The notes under the pieces were generated by a model. It worked only from the letters and a program-made list of their open reading frames with translations, searched no databases and was not told the DNA's origin. DNA of 54,883 nucleotides from a virus (lineage: Duplodnaviria > Caudoviricetes): positions 1 through 54,883 of IMG/VR virus record IMGVR_UViG_3300008110_000071; one strand, written 5' to 3'. Of the stretch, positions 54,826 to 54,883 are shown piece after piece. Made by a program: the position numbers and the translations under genes. How positions within the stretch are numbered: position 1 is the first letter of the stretch; every line of letters begins with the position of its first letter.

Positions 54826-54883
54826 TCAAATCAATACCATCTAAAACTTTATCAGACCATTTTAGCACATTCTCAATCAGTTT

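Noticed and set aside
1-54883. tRNA genes, group I introns, inteins, reverse transcriptase
   Set aside because: No cloverleaf/T-loop pattern, interrupted core gene or RT motif noticed by eye; tRNAscan/Infernal not run

Overview
A 54.9-kb segment of a T4-like cyanophage (myovirus), most likely infecting a GC-rich picocyanobacterium (inference). 1-30.5 kb (- strand, AT-rich) is the late structural block: gp17 (partial), gp16, gp15, gp14, gp13, fibre-like proteins, a VrlC/DUF4815-like protein, gp8, gp7, gp6, gp25, PAAR, plus an unlisted 52-aa NblA-like ORF. 30.5-33.0 kb is a lone + strand late operon of three very basic proteins that look like head-packaged internal proteins; two start with a T4 capsid-targeting-like peptide and one carries a basic copy of a PNK-type P-loop kinase. 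33.0-40.5 kb is a GC-rich early island of micro-ORFs. Most have their own sigma70 promoter built from shuffled repeated parts (hairpins, leaders, two operator-like palindromes). The island is flanked by skewed non-coding tracts and contains antisense promoters. 40.5-54.9 kb holds an HNH/AP2 nuclease, a metallophosphoesterase, an SF2 helicase, a PD-(D/E)XK-like protein and an RNA-repair cluster (Rnl1, kinase, deaminase, HAD phosphatase), with a DUF1778/TacA-like antitoxin tail just upstream. No tRNA or CRISPR array was seen. All family calls come from motif recognition by eye, not database searches.
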